Source: an uncultured Candidatus Saccharibacteria bacterium (GTDB lineage: Bacteria > Patescibacteriota > Saccharimonadia > Saccharimonadales > Saccharimonadaceae). Taken from it: a DNA stretch of 64,000 nucleotides. Numbering within the stretch: the stretch's first letter is position 1; each line of letters opens with the position of its first letter. Below are positions 1 to 9,467 of this stretch, piece by piece. The stretch lies in the NCBI GenBank assembly GCA_938041435.1, contig CALISR010000008.1, forward strand, positions 5,100-69,099, given 5' to 3'. Both the position numbers and the translations under genes were made by a program. The notes beneath the pieces were generated by a model. The model was not told the origin of the DNA, did not search any database, and saw nothing but the letters and a program-made list of their open reading frames with translations.

Positions 1-587
1 AGAGGACTCAATAAGATCATCATCGACCGTCAGCTGCCAGCCAGCCCCAACACGGCAGCCAGTGCTCCATGCAGCACGCTCCATTGCAACGAGCTGCACA
101 TCGTGCGCATAGCCACAGTGCCCTAGGAGTGCATGACCGTACTCGTGGAGGAGGTAGGCAGGGGCCTCGGCATCGTGTGGATCGTAATAAACTGTGCGGC
201 TTGGGTGATGCCAATGAAAGTGGCCACCTGGGCGAAAGGTGAGTGGCGCAATGCCCGACGTGCGAGCGTGCTGGGTGAGGTGAGAGATGAGCTGATCGAG
301 TGGCATGGGTGGTGGTGATATAGCCACATCTATCGGCATGCGAACCAGCTAGCGAAACAATAGATACTTCGCACGATTTGACAGAGGTGGAGATTATGAT
401 TTGTTCGTGTATTGTACGCGTCAAGATCAGTGTAGCACAGCCTGCCTGCAATGCCTAGTGGGCGGTGCGAAGTATCGATGTGTGGCAAGTTCTAGAGAGG
501 CAGAGTGAGGTGCATGATTAATAGAGCGCGTGCGTTGCGTTTTGCGATCGATTACGGTATAATAGAAAGAGTAACGTAAACGAAGGT

Positions 588-1127
588 TTGGCAATGAAGC
601 AGCAAGGATCAATTATCGGATACGTCGTCGTCGGGACAGTGCTGACACTCGCACTGGTTGGCGGGGTCTTAATCGTCAAGAATAGTCACAATAGCAGCGC
701 TCGGCAAGTGGCAAGCACTACTGCTACCGACGCCAAGAAAAAGGAATCAACGCAGAGCAGCAAAAGCGCCAACGACAAGCTAGTCGATAGCCTCAATAAC
801 AAATCAACAGAGACCAGCAAGAGCAAAGAAACTCAGTCGCAAGACAAGAAAAACACCACATCGACTGCAACTAATAGCGAGACGAGCGGCGCATCGAGCA
901 CGACTACGCAAAGCCAATCGACTCAGTCTACTCAATCTCAACCCTCAAGCACACCTGCTGCAACACCATCGACCAACTCCAGCACCCCTTCGCAAACCCA
1001 ATCTACCCAGCAAGTAAGCGCTTTGCCGCAAACCGGCCCAGCTGAAAGCCTGGCAGCCGTTGTGGCGGTAAGTAGCCTAGCTGGCGTAGCACTGGCCTAT
1101 CGCAAGTCGCGCACACCCGCGCTGTAA
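588..1127 (+). CDS. Secreted/surface S/T/Q-rich protein with C-terminal LPXTG-like (LPQTG) sorting signal
   Basis: N-terminal hydrophobic helix, low-complexity S/T/Q linker, then LPQTG + hydrophobic stretch + basic tail (YRKSR). Start may be ATG at 594. Confidence 0.75.
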   Translation: MAMKQQGSIIGYVVVGTVLTLALVGGVLIVKNSHNSSARQVASTTATDAKKKESTQSSKSANDKLVDSLNNKSTETSKSKETQSQDKKNTTSTATNSETSGASSTTTQSQSTQSTQSQPSSTPAATPSTNSSTPSQTQSTQQVSALPQTGPAESLAAVVAVSSLAGVALAYRKSRTPAL

Positions 1128-1168
1128 GATATACAACATTGACGCTGTTTCATCAAAAACACAACAAC

Positions 1169-1191
1169 TACCCCTGTGCAGAGCAGGGGTA
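1169..1191 (+). terminator. Hairpin/probable terminator
   Basis: TACCCCTG-n7-CAGGGGTA after the stop at 1127; a very similar stem occurs at 7622-7641. Confidence 0.55.
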
Positions 1192-1528
1192 ATTGCTATT
1201 TGGGAGGGGTAATATAGGTGTTGTGATTATAGCATCGTTGTGTATATAACTGTATGATAGTTTGTGCAATATATAGCGTTGGTGAGAGGAGCAGGCCAGG
1301 GGACAAGTAGCTTGGCGTTCCTAGGCTACTGGGCCGAAGCCTTTAAACCTTGTGCATGATCTGGAAATGCAACAGCAAACCTATCATACAAGAGAATATC
1401 TAGAGGCCAGTAACTGTGGGGGGTGGGTAAGCTCTGTTGTTCACTGGGTTGGAGCACTTTCGGTGTGATAAGTGTGCTTGTATGGGCTATTGATTACTCA
1501 TAGAGGTGAGACTGAGAAGCTCCAGGTT

Positions 1529-1557
1529 TTGACGCTTGCAGCGACTTTGTGTATAAT
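1529..1557 (+). promoter_or_regulatory. Sigma70-type promoter for rpsA-infB
   Basis: TTGACG-17 bp-TATAAT. Confidence 0.7.
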
Positions 1558-1630
1558 ACAGAGGAATGGTGCGCCGCTCGGCCGGCGTGTCTCATAATAT
1601 AATTAACAAGAGGAGTCTGTATCAAGACTT

Positions 1631-2695
1631 ATGGCAACGCAAGCCTTAACAATGGATGATTTGCTCGCTGGCGACGGCGTCAAGCAACTAGTAACCGGCG
1701 AGGTCGTGACTGGCCGCGTATTATCGGTGCGCAAACGAGATGTATTAATAGACCTAGGCCCACAAGGGGTTGGCTACGTGCCACGGCGCGAGATTGGCGC
1801 AGCCAAGGCGCTAGCAGTTGGTGATGAAGTAACAGCCAGCGTGGTAGATAGTGAGCTCGAGAATGGCTATAGCCTGCTGAGCCTGCGCAAAGCAGCCAAG
1901 GACCGTGGCTGGGAAGAAGCAATGGCCAAGCTGGATGCTGGCGAGATCATCGAGGTGGCGCCATACGACGCCAACCGCGGTGGTATGCTGGTTGAGTACG
2001 AAGGTGTGCGAGGCTTTTTGCCAGTGTCGCAACTGTCGGCCGAGCACTACCCACGGGTGGGTGGTGCCGATAAGGATGAGATCTTGGCACGGCTCAACAC
2101 CCTGGTGGGGCAGACACTCAAGGTGCGCATCCTCGACTGCGACCGCAAGGCCAACAAGCTGATCTTTAGCGAAAAAGAAGCCATCAAGGATGGCCTGGCC
2201 GCTCACTTTGAGAAGCTCAAGGTTGGCGACACCGTTAAGGGTGTGGTGACTGGTGTGGTGGACTTTGGTGTCTTCGTGAATGTCGAAGGGATTGAGGGGC
2301 TCATCCACATCTCAGAGATTAGCTGGGAGCGTGTCAATAACCCAGCCGACTACGTGAAGGTGGGCCAGAGTGTTGAGGCGAAGATTATCAGCATCGACAA
2401 AGATCGCCTAAGCCTGAGTATGAAGCAGCTCACCAAGGACCCATGGCTTGATGAGGTGGATCAATTCACCAAGGGCCAGACCATTGAGGGCACAGTAACG
2501 CGCATTACCCCATATGGTGCCTTTGTCCAGATTAGCCCAGCGGTCGAAGCGCTGGTGCACGTGAGCGAGCTGGGCAGCGGCGGTGCCGACCCAGAGAAGG
2601 TCTTTACTCTCAATGAGCGCAAGAGCTTTGTCATTCTCGACATCGACAAAGATGCGCACAAAGTGAGCCTGAGCCTCGCCGACAAGAAAAAATAA
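1631..2695 (+). CDS. rpsA: 30S ribosomal protein S1 (short, about 4 S1 domains)
   Basis: Repeated S1 motifs: GVRGFLPVSQL, DFGVFV..GIEGLIHISEISW, PYGAFV..EALVHVSEL. Confidence 0.93.
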   Translation: MATQALTMDDLLAGDGVKQLVTGEVVTGRVLSVRKRDVLIDLGPQGVGYVPRREIGAAKALAVGDEVTASVVDSELENGYSLLSLRKAAKDRGWEEAMAKLDAGEIIEVAPYDANRGGMLVEYEGVRGFLPVSQLSAEHYPRVGGADKDEILARLNTLVGQTLKVRILDCDRKANKLIFSEKEAIKDGLAAHFEKLKVGDTVKGVVTGVVDFGVFVNVEGIEGLIHISEISWERVNNPADYVKVGQSVEAKIISIDKDRLSLSMKQLTKDPWLDEVDQFTKGQTIEGTVTRITPYGAFVQISPAVEALVHVSELGSGGADPEKVFTLNERKSFVILDIDKDAHKVSLSLADKKK

Positions 2696-2747
2696 CCAGT
2701 AAATTACAAAAGATGACCGGCTGTGGCCGGCAGAAAGGAGTGTGTGT

Positions 2748-4523
2748 ATGAGTCAGTCTGAAAAAGTGTTGGTCATTGCCGATTCGATCACCGTTGGTGA
2801 GCTGGCCCAAACCCTGAATCTGCCGGTCACGAAGCTGATTGGCGAGCTCTTCAAGAATGGCTTTACCGTAACGATCAATCAGCGGATTGATTTTGAGATT
2901 GCTGAGATTATCGTGGAGGAGCTGGGCCTGGCAGTGACGCTGCAGCGCAAAGCCGCCGAGCAGCATACTGTGCAGCATCTGCATAAACCGTCGAGCAATG
3001 CTGTACCACGCCCGCCAATTGTAGCGGTGATGGGGCATGTCGACCACGGTAAGACAACGCTGCTCGATACTATCCTCGAGATGAAGACGGTTGCTGGTGA
3101 GGCTGGTGGTATTACCCAGCACATTAGTGCCTATCAAGCCCAAAAGGGCGGTCGGACGATGACGTTGCTTGATACCCCTGGCCATGAGGCCTTTGCTGCG
3201 TTGCGCCAGCATGGTGCCGCACTGACCGATGTGGTGGTGATTGTTGTAGCAGCTGATGACGGCGTCAAGCCACAGACGGTGGAGGCGATCCGCTTTGCGC
3301 GCGATGCCAATGCCAAGATCATCGTTGCTATCAACAAGATCGACAAAGACACGGCCAACCCTGATATGGTCAAAGCTCAGCTTGCCAGTGAGCACCACCT
3401 CAACCCTGAGGAGTGGGGTGGCGATACTATTATGGTGCCAATTAGTGCCAAGACTGGCCAGAATATCGATAAGTTGCTCGATACCATCCTACTTGTGGCC
3501 GACATGGAAGAGCTCCGCGCCGATACGGATGTGCCAGCTGAGGGGCTCGTTATTGAGGCGCATATGGAGAAGGGTCGCGGCTCGGTGGTGAACTTGCTCA
3601 TCGAGCAGGGCCGCTTGGCACCGGGGCATTTCCTCGTGGCGGGGCAGGCCTATGGCAAGGTGCGTACTTTGCTCGATTACACTGGCACGCCTATCAAGGC
3701 AGCTACACCCGCTACGCCAGTGACAGTGACGGGCTTTAAGGAATTGCCGCAGTTTGGTGATATCTTTACGGTGGTCAAAAACGAGAAAGAAGCTCGCCTA
3801 GCTGTGCAAAAGGCTAAGCTTGACCAAGCGCGTAATGCTGCCACCACCAATGTGACTGGTGCTGACTTGCTCAAGCTTATGACGCAGAAACACGATGCTC
3901 AGGAATTCGACGTCATTGTTAAGGCCGATGTACAGGGGTCACTTACCTCAGTGATGGATAGCTTGCGCCTGGTGGAGACGGGCGGGGCGATCACGCTGCG
4001 GATCATTGGCCATGGCGTGGGCAATATTACCGAGAGTGATGTGCGCCTGGCTGGTAGTAGTAATGCAATTATCTATGGCTTTAATGTCGACCTGCCGCCA
4101 GCTGTCAAGCGCCTGGCAATGCGTGACAAAGTGACAGTGCGCCGCTACCAAGTAATCTATGAGCTACTTGATGACGCACGTCGCAGCATGGAAGCAATGC
4201 TCGCACCAGAGGTGGTGGAGACGGAGATTGGCCAGCTAGAGATTAAGGGTGTTTTCCGGACGATGCGCGATGCGGTTATCGCCGGTGGGCAAGTGACAAA
4301 GGGTAAGGTGACGGCAGGGCTACTGGCCCGTGTGATGCGCGGCGAGGAGCAAATTGCCGAGGTAACAGTAGCCAGCGTGCAGCGCCAGCAGCAAGAAGCT
4401 AAGGAGGTTTTTGAGGGTGAGCTCTGCGGCCTTAACCTCACGACCAGCAAGAAGCTCCAGCTCGAGATTGGCGATACCCTCGAGTTCTTCACCCGCGAGC
4501 TGGTGAAGCGCACGCTACAGTAG
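2748..4523 (+). CDS. infB: Translation initiation factor IF-2 (short form)
   Basis: [58 protein letters not shown] before ATG 2748. Confidence 0.97.
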   Translation: MSQSEKVLVIADSITVGELAQTLNLPVTKLIGELFKNGFTVTINQRIDFEIAEIIVEELGLAVTLQRKAAEQHTVQHLHKPSSNAVPRPPIVAVMGHVDHGKTTLLDTILEMKTVAGEAGGITQHISAYQAQKGGRTMTLLDTPGHEAFAALRQHGAALTDVVVIVVAADDGVKPQTVEAIRFARDANAKIIVAINKIDKDTANPDMVKAQLASEHHLNPEEWGGDTIMVPISAKTGQNIDKLLDTILLVADMEELRADTDVPAEGLVIEAHMEKGRGSVVNLLIEQGRLAPGHFLVAGQAYGKVRTLLDYTGTPIKAATPATPVTVTGFKELPQFGDIFTVVKNEKEARLAVQKAKLDQARNAATTNVTGADLLKLMTQKHDAQEFDVIVKADVQGSLTSVMDSLRLVETGGAITLRIIGHGVGNITESDVRLAGSSNAIIYGFNVDLPPAVKRLAMRDKVTVRRYQVIYELLDDARRSMEAMLAPEVVETEIGQLEIKGVFRTMRDAVIAGGQVTKGKVTAGLLARVMRGEEQIAEVTVASVQRQQQEAKEVFEGELCGLNLTTSKKLQLEIGDTLEFFTRELVKRTLQ

Positions 4524-4600
4524 TGGGTTTGGCGGTGCTCTGCTCTGTAGAATCTCAGTATATTTATATTGGGGATAACCCTGTTTTGCTGCTGGTATAT

Positions 4601-4632
4601 AAAACCCGCTATGGGGTGATGGCGGGTTTTTT
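4601..4632 (+). terminator. Rho-independent terminator after infB
   Basis: AAAACCCGCTAT..ATGGCGGGTTTTTT. Confidence 0.7.
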
Positions 4633-4653
4633 GAGATTGGAGCATCTCCCTCA

Positions 4654-4682
4654 TTGACACATCACCTCTGTTGTGGTAGGAT
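4654..4682 (+). promoter_or_regulatory. Sigma70-type promoter
   Basis: TTGACA-17 bp-TAGGAT upstream of the 4723 ORF. Confidence 0.65.
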
Positions 4683-4722
4683 GTGGGCAGAATATATAAG
4701 GAAATAAATTAGGACGGGTAGT

Positions 4723-6279
4723 ATGGCAAAAGCATATGAGGCAACAGGAACAGGCACAGTAACCTCGAATGAGTCACAAACATATCCTGGGTCAAGACGA
4801 TTGGCGGGCCTGAAGGGTGCTCTTGAGGTATTGAAGGAAGTTCCTCGTGCGTATAAAGAAGCAGTGGAGGCTCAGGATAAGATCAATGTGAATGATGGAC
4901 GGTCGTTCGCAGAGCGTCAGATTGATCGACTAGGCAAAACACTTGCAGCACGCCAAGAAGTGACAAAGACGAAAAGACAAGAATTGGCGCAAGGTACAGG
5001 CAAGGAGGTGGGTCCACGCGCTACAGCAAGGTTGCTTGGCAGGCAGATTGTTGATTCTGTGATACGTGGTGCATACGAAAAGGCAGTTGAGTATAATGCC
5101 GCTGTGGTCGAGGCTCGAGTAGAGCACATGCCAGGAAGTACAGAAAAGACGCAGCAAGTTGTTGGAGAAGCTGCCCCTGTTGAGACGCAGGACAACGGTA
5201 CTAGTCACATAGTAAGTATACCAACAAATGGAGAGGCGTCAACAGGTGCTGTCTATAATATTGTTCCACCAGCACCTGCACCAACAGAGGCTGACTTGCG
5301 CGCTGCTGCAGAGGATACTGCACGTAAAGAGCAAAAAGCAGCACTTATCGAGGCGAGAAACAGTGCACTGCGCAACATTATCCACGCTGAGACTGATGAC
5401 GATGCGAAGGCGATTAGAGACCAGGCTTACGACGGTATTGTTGCGATGGCTGGTGATGACGAAACACGCATTAGCATGCTCGATGCGATCGAGGCAACAT
5501 ATGCGAAGCGCGTCGCTCATCCCGAGGTGTATGAGTTTGCGCGGCGAAGTGCACGTGGGGACTTCGCGCAAAGTGAACCTGTTCCAGCAGAAGTGCCAAA
5601 AGTGGAGTCTGCAGAGTCACAGAATAGCAACTCCTCTCACGAACAAAGTGACAGTGCTGCAAACCGTACAGCCGCTGTTGAGGCGGCCCAAGCCGTGGAA
5701 GAGAAAAAAACAGGCTGGAAGGAGCGTATGCAGAAGATCAAGCAGGCTATCGGTGAGAAAGCTACGCGAACTAAGGAGCGTGTGATAGCCTGGCTAGATT
5801 CGGAAGATTGGGGATCTGGAGAGCCAGAGTCACCCAAGACATCCTCAGAAAATCACTCCGAAAACATGTCAAAAGCACCATCGCACGAGCAGTCACAAAC
5901 TCAAGCAGTCACACCACAAGAAACTCAACCTGCACCTGACTCTAAAGTAGCTGAAGTGATTGATCTTAAGCGTGCTGCAGGCATTCCAGACAGAGAGAAG
6001 CCAAAACCATCAGAGTTCGATTTATTTAGCGTCGATTTTCGTAACCATATAGCAGAGCTTGGTATGAGTATTACACAGGCGCAAACGCAAGAAGAAGCGA
6101 CGAATAAAAAAGCTGATGCCTGGGAAGAAGTTAAGCATTTTGTAGAAGAAGCGAATAAGAAGTTCCCTGATAGACACCTTCAAATCGATCAAATAGCAGT
6201 AGCGACAAAACAGAACCTATTGGTAGCAGTGAAGCACAATGACGAGCTTCGCCGTCGATTAGAGCATCCTGCAGCCTAA
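4723..6279 (+). CDS. Hypothetical charged, Ala/Glu-rich protein
   Basis: 518-aa ORF with own promoter; no recognisable motif. Confidence 0.75.
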   Translation: MAKAYEATGTGTVTSNESQTYPGSRRLAGLKGALEVLKEVPRAYKEAVEAQDKINVNDGRSFAERQIDRLGKTLAARQEVTKTKRQELAQGTGKEVGPRATARLLGRQIVDSVIRGAYEKAVEYNAAVVEARVEHMPGSTEKTQQVVGEAAPVETQDNGTSHIVSIPTNGEASTGAVYNIVPPAPAPTEADLRAAAEDTARKEQKAALIEARNSALRNIIHAETDDDAKAIRDQAYDGIVAMAGDDETRISMLDAIEATYAKRVAHPEVYEFARRSARGDFAQSEPVPAEVPKVESAESQNSNSSHEQSDSAANRTAAVEAAQAVEEKKTGWKERMQKIKQAIGEKATRTKERVIAWLDSEDWGSGEPESPKTSSENHSENMSKAPSHEQSQTQAVTPQETQPAPDSKVAEVIDLKRAAGIPDREKPKPSEFDLFSVDFRNHIAELGMSITQAQTQEEATNKKADAWEEVKHFVEEANKKFPDRHLQIDQIAVATKQNLLVAVKHNDELRRRLEHPAA

Positions 6280-6370
6280 GCTGGTTTTGTAGTAGTACTT
6301 AATAAGTATAAAAGTTAACATATAAAGATCGGTACGCTATCGAGCGTATGGTATGTAAGAAAAGGATTCT

Positions 6371-6694
6371 ATGCCGACCACTCAGCCCCAAACTACCCCT
6401 CTCATCACCCAACACGATCTTGATCGCTTTGGGATTAAAACGCGCGACTCGGCAGCGCTGCTGCAGGAGGTGAATAACACGCTCTATGAGCGGGTGGGGC
6501 TAGAGGTTATTGGCCGCTTGTCGGATAATGACCTCGATGAGTTAATGCGCCGCCAGGAGACAGACGATGGCGCAGCGCTATTTGCCTGGCTGTCGCAGCG
6601 AGTTGCGCACCTCGATGAGATCCTGAGTGACGAGCGCACACTCATTCTTGGCGACTTGGCCAAGAAGGCTGATGAGCTGAGTGATACAGTGTGA
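6371..6694 (+). CDS. DUF5663-like protein (short)
   Basis: LYERVGLEVIGRLSDNDLDEL...WLSQRV pattern; AAGGA RBS. Confidence 0.65.
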   Translation: MPTTQPQTTPLITQHDLDRFGIKTRDSAALLQEVNNTLYERVGLEVIGRLSDNDLDELMRRQETDDGAALFAWLSQRVAHLDEILSDERTLILGDLAKKADELSDTV

Positions 6695-7052
6695 GCACGG
6701 TGTGAGGGTTGCAGTTGTATTGGTGCGAATGTACTGATTTGACTACCATGTAAAGCACTCAATACCACTCCTACAATGAATGACGAGTGCCATCCTCTAC
6801 AGTGCGACGCACTGTATATACTATTCTCTTCGGTGAGTACTGGTGGCAGCCACGCCTGGACGAGCGTGATAGTTGCATCATCAGCTACTTCACCTGGCCG
6901 ACCATCGAGCACACGATAAAAAAGATTACTCAGGGCGAGGGTCTAACAGAAATAGACAGTACCCACTGAGGGAAATTACACCATATTTTGCCATTTTTAT
7001 TGTATGAGGGGTGGATTGTTTGGTATACTAGGGGTAGGAGGAATTGAAAAAC

Positions 7053-7595
7053 ATGTTTCAATTAGACGATGCTTTTTTGCAAAAAATCGGTATAGCAGAC
7101 TGGCCCCCAGAGGCGCGGCAGCGCTTTGTCGACAACTTTCGCCAAGTGCTGGAGCTGCGCGTTGGCACAGTGCTGAGCGATGGCTTGAGTGAGGTGCAAC
7201 TGAATGAGTTTGAGTCGTTTATGAACCAAGACGCTGCAGTCATTACAGCGTGGATCGATGAGCACGAGCCCGACTACGAAGATGATGAGATATACCAGAA
7301 CCAGCGCAAAGCCTACGAGAAAGCGGCAGAGCAGCGTGGTGTGGAGGTAGACCAGCTGGCACTCTTTGCGGAGTATGCGCAGCTTAAGTGGCTCACCCAC
7401 AATCGCCCAGACTACACAACTGTCGTGCGTGAGACCTTTGAAGGCCTTGTGGATCTCGCCAAGGCAGACCCGCAGAAGTTCCTTACCCAAGAGGGCTTGG
7501 CTAGCATCTTCCAGAGCAGTGATGCAGCAGGTAGTGATACACCAGACGAGCTTGAGGGAGGCCACCCCGACCCTGATGTAGCGCTTGCTGCGTAG
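7053..7595 (+). CDS. DUF5663-like protein
   Basis: MFQLDDAFLQKIGI..LELRVGTVLSDGLSEVQLNEFE..KWLTHNRPDY; AGGAGG RBS (TTG 7044 is an alternative start). Confidence 0.75.
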   Translation: MFQLDDAFLQKIGIADWPPEARQRFVDNFRQVLELRVGTVLSDGLSEVQLNEFESFMNQDAAVITAWIDEHEPDYEDDEIYQNQRKAYEKAAEQRGVEVDQLALFAEYAQLKWLTHNRPDYTTVVRETFEGLVDLAKADPQKFLTQEGLASIFQSSDAAGSDTPDELEGGHPDPDVALAA

Positions 7596-7756
7596 TGATA
7601 ATGACTAAGTAAACACGTATGACCCCTGTGAATGCAGGGGTTTTGTGTATTATGTTGGCTGTGGGCTAGTTTGCTTTACATTATCTTTGAGAGCCAAGAG
7701 GGATGTTCTAGGGTGATTATGATACTGAGATTATTCGAGGCTAATATTTACACTAT

Positions 7757-8644
7757 TCACACCCGATACCCGCGCAAAAATGCTGCGGCGCTGAGTTCTT
7801 TGCCGCTGGGGGCGATGAGCTGGTCGATGACAAGATAGGTGTCGTCGCTGCAGCGTGGATCGAGTGTGGTGACAGGCGCCCGCGCGGTGTGTGCCTGAGT
7901 AATGATATATTGCCGCTCGCCCAACTGGAGGCGAGCGCGTGGGTAGTGATGGTAGGCACGCACCATTGCTTCGGCCTCTGCGGCAGTGTGCTGAGCGGGG
8001 TTGATAATGCCGCTGGCTTTGGTGAGGAGCTGGCAGTAACTTGCAGTGAACTCGTCTTGCGGTGTGGGCTGGAGGCTACCACTCACGATGCGTGGCAGGA
8101 GCTGCACTAGTGCCTTGCTGCCAAGCTGGCCTAGTGTGTTGTAGAGCTCGAGCTGCTGCTCGTCGCCGCGTAAGGGGTGGGTGAGCTGCGCATAGACCGG
8201 TCCGGCGTCCATAGCGGCGCTGAGCTGCATAATGCTGACGCCAGTGGCGGTATCGCGATTGGCAATGGCGCTCTCAATTGGTGAAGGGCCGCGATAGCGT
8301 GGCAGGAGTGATGGGTGGAGGTTGATAATCCCTGGGGAAAAGCAGTCGATTACTACTTGGGGGATGATCTTACCAAAGCTCACTAGTACGCCAACAGGCT
8401 GGTCGAGCGCTTGGATATCGGGGATAATATCGCGCAGTTTGGCGGGCTGTAACACTGGAATGTCGTGCGTCAGAGCAAGCTGTTTGACTGCTGGTTGGCA
8501 CAGTTGCTTGCCGCGCCCACGCCGGCTGTCTGGCTTAGTGATAACCAGCCGGACGGGGAAGCCATGTTCCAATAGCTGCGCGAGGCTGATAGCGCTGAAG
8601 TCTTCAGTCCCAAAGAATACGATTGGTCTTGATATACTCGTCAT
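7757..8644 (-). CDS. fmt: Methionyl-tRNA formyltransferase
   Basis: IVFFGT, TKPD..GRG, INLHPSLLPRYRGPSPI, MDAGP; overlaps the 3' end of def. Confidence 0.95.
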   Translation of the reverse strand: MTSISRPIVFFGTEDFSAISLAQLLEHGFPVRLVITKPDSRRGRGKQLCQPAVKQLALTHDIPVLQPAKLRDIIPDIQALDQPVGVLVSFGKIIPQVVIDCFSPGIINLHPSLLPRYRGPSPIESAIANRDTATGVSIMQLSAAMDAGPVYAQLTHPLRGDEQQLELYNTLGQLGSKALVQLLPRIVSGSLQPTPQDEFTASYCQLLTKASGIINPAQHTAAEAEAMVRAYHHYPRARLQLGERQYIITQAHTARAPVTTLDPRCSDDTYLVIDQLIAPSGKELSAAAFLRGYRV

Positions 8645-9182
8645 AATCAACTGGTTGGAGCTCGCCCTTCTCATCGAGCTGATAAAATGCGCTGGTATCG
8701 TCGCGAATGCGGTCGATAAATACAATGCCATTACAGTGGTCAATCTCGTGTTGCAGCACTCGCGCTAAGAAGCCGTCGGCCTTAAGGCGGATAGTGTTAC
8801 CATTGATATCAAGCGCCTTGACCCGGACGCGGCTGTAGCGTGGCACCTTGCCATAGATCCGGCCTGACACACTCAGGCAGCCCTCATAATCACTCACCAG
8901 CTGGCCTTCGTATTTGACGATTTCTGGGTTAATGAGGGGGATGAAGGTGCGGTTGTCTTTGTCGTCGAAGTCTTCGCGCACAATAACGACTCGCTCCAGC
9001 TGATCGATCTGCACCGCCGCCAGCGCTGCGCTGATCTCATGCGGGCGGGAATTCTCCCAGTCGATACTGGCGCTGGTCATGTCGGCCACCAGCTGGCGTG
9101 TCTCGTCGGTAATAACATGCACCCGCTGCGACTTCTGGCGCAAGTGCGAGTTGGGTAGGGTGATAATAGCGTCTTTTTTCAT
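8604..9182 (-). CDS. def: Peptide deformylase
   Basis: LAAVQI, EGCLSV, QHEIDHCNG; start at MKKDAII, 7 nt after TGCTATAAT. Confidence 0.95.
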   Translation of the reverse strand: MKKDAIITLPNSHLRQKSQRVHVITDETRQLVADMTSASIDWENSRPHEISAALAAVQIDQLERVVIVREDFDDKDNRTFIPLINPEIVKYEGQLVSDYEGCLSVSGRIYGKVPRYSRVRVKALDINGNTIRLKADGFLARVLQHEIDHCNGIVFIDRIRDDTSAFYQLDEKGELQPVDYDEYIKTNRILWD

Positions 9183-9256
9183 TAGCTTTATTATAGCAGA
9201 TGGTGGATGGGGTGAGCGAGTGGAGCGGCTGCTTGGTAGATCAGCCGTATTATCAG

Positions 9257-9330
9257 ACAAGAAAATATCTGGAGGCCAGCGACCAACTAAGCGGTAGAAC
9301 TCTGTGTATTATCTGGCCGGAACATTTTCG
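9257..9330. repeat. ~75-bp intergenic hairpin repeat, copy 1
   Basis: ACAAGAAAATAT..GGCCAGCGACCAA..AAGCGG..AACTCTGTG..TCTGGCCGGAACATTTTCG, matches 15960-16036. Confidence 0.8.
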
Positions 9331-9467
9331 CTATGATGATATGACTGAGATACTGTAAATAACATCTGATTGAAGAATCAGCTACTTTTTACAAGCCCAT
9401 CTCACCCTCCACCAGAATGCAATGGAGAGAGGTGTTGTCGCCTGCAATAGGGGCTCTCGCACGCCCC

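Noticed and set aside
20..451. Short ORFs at the window start
   Set aside because: Overlapping, motif-free and without context; none can be supported
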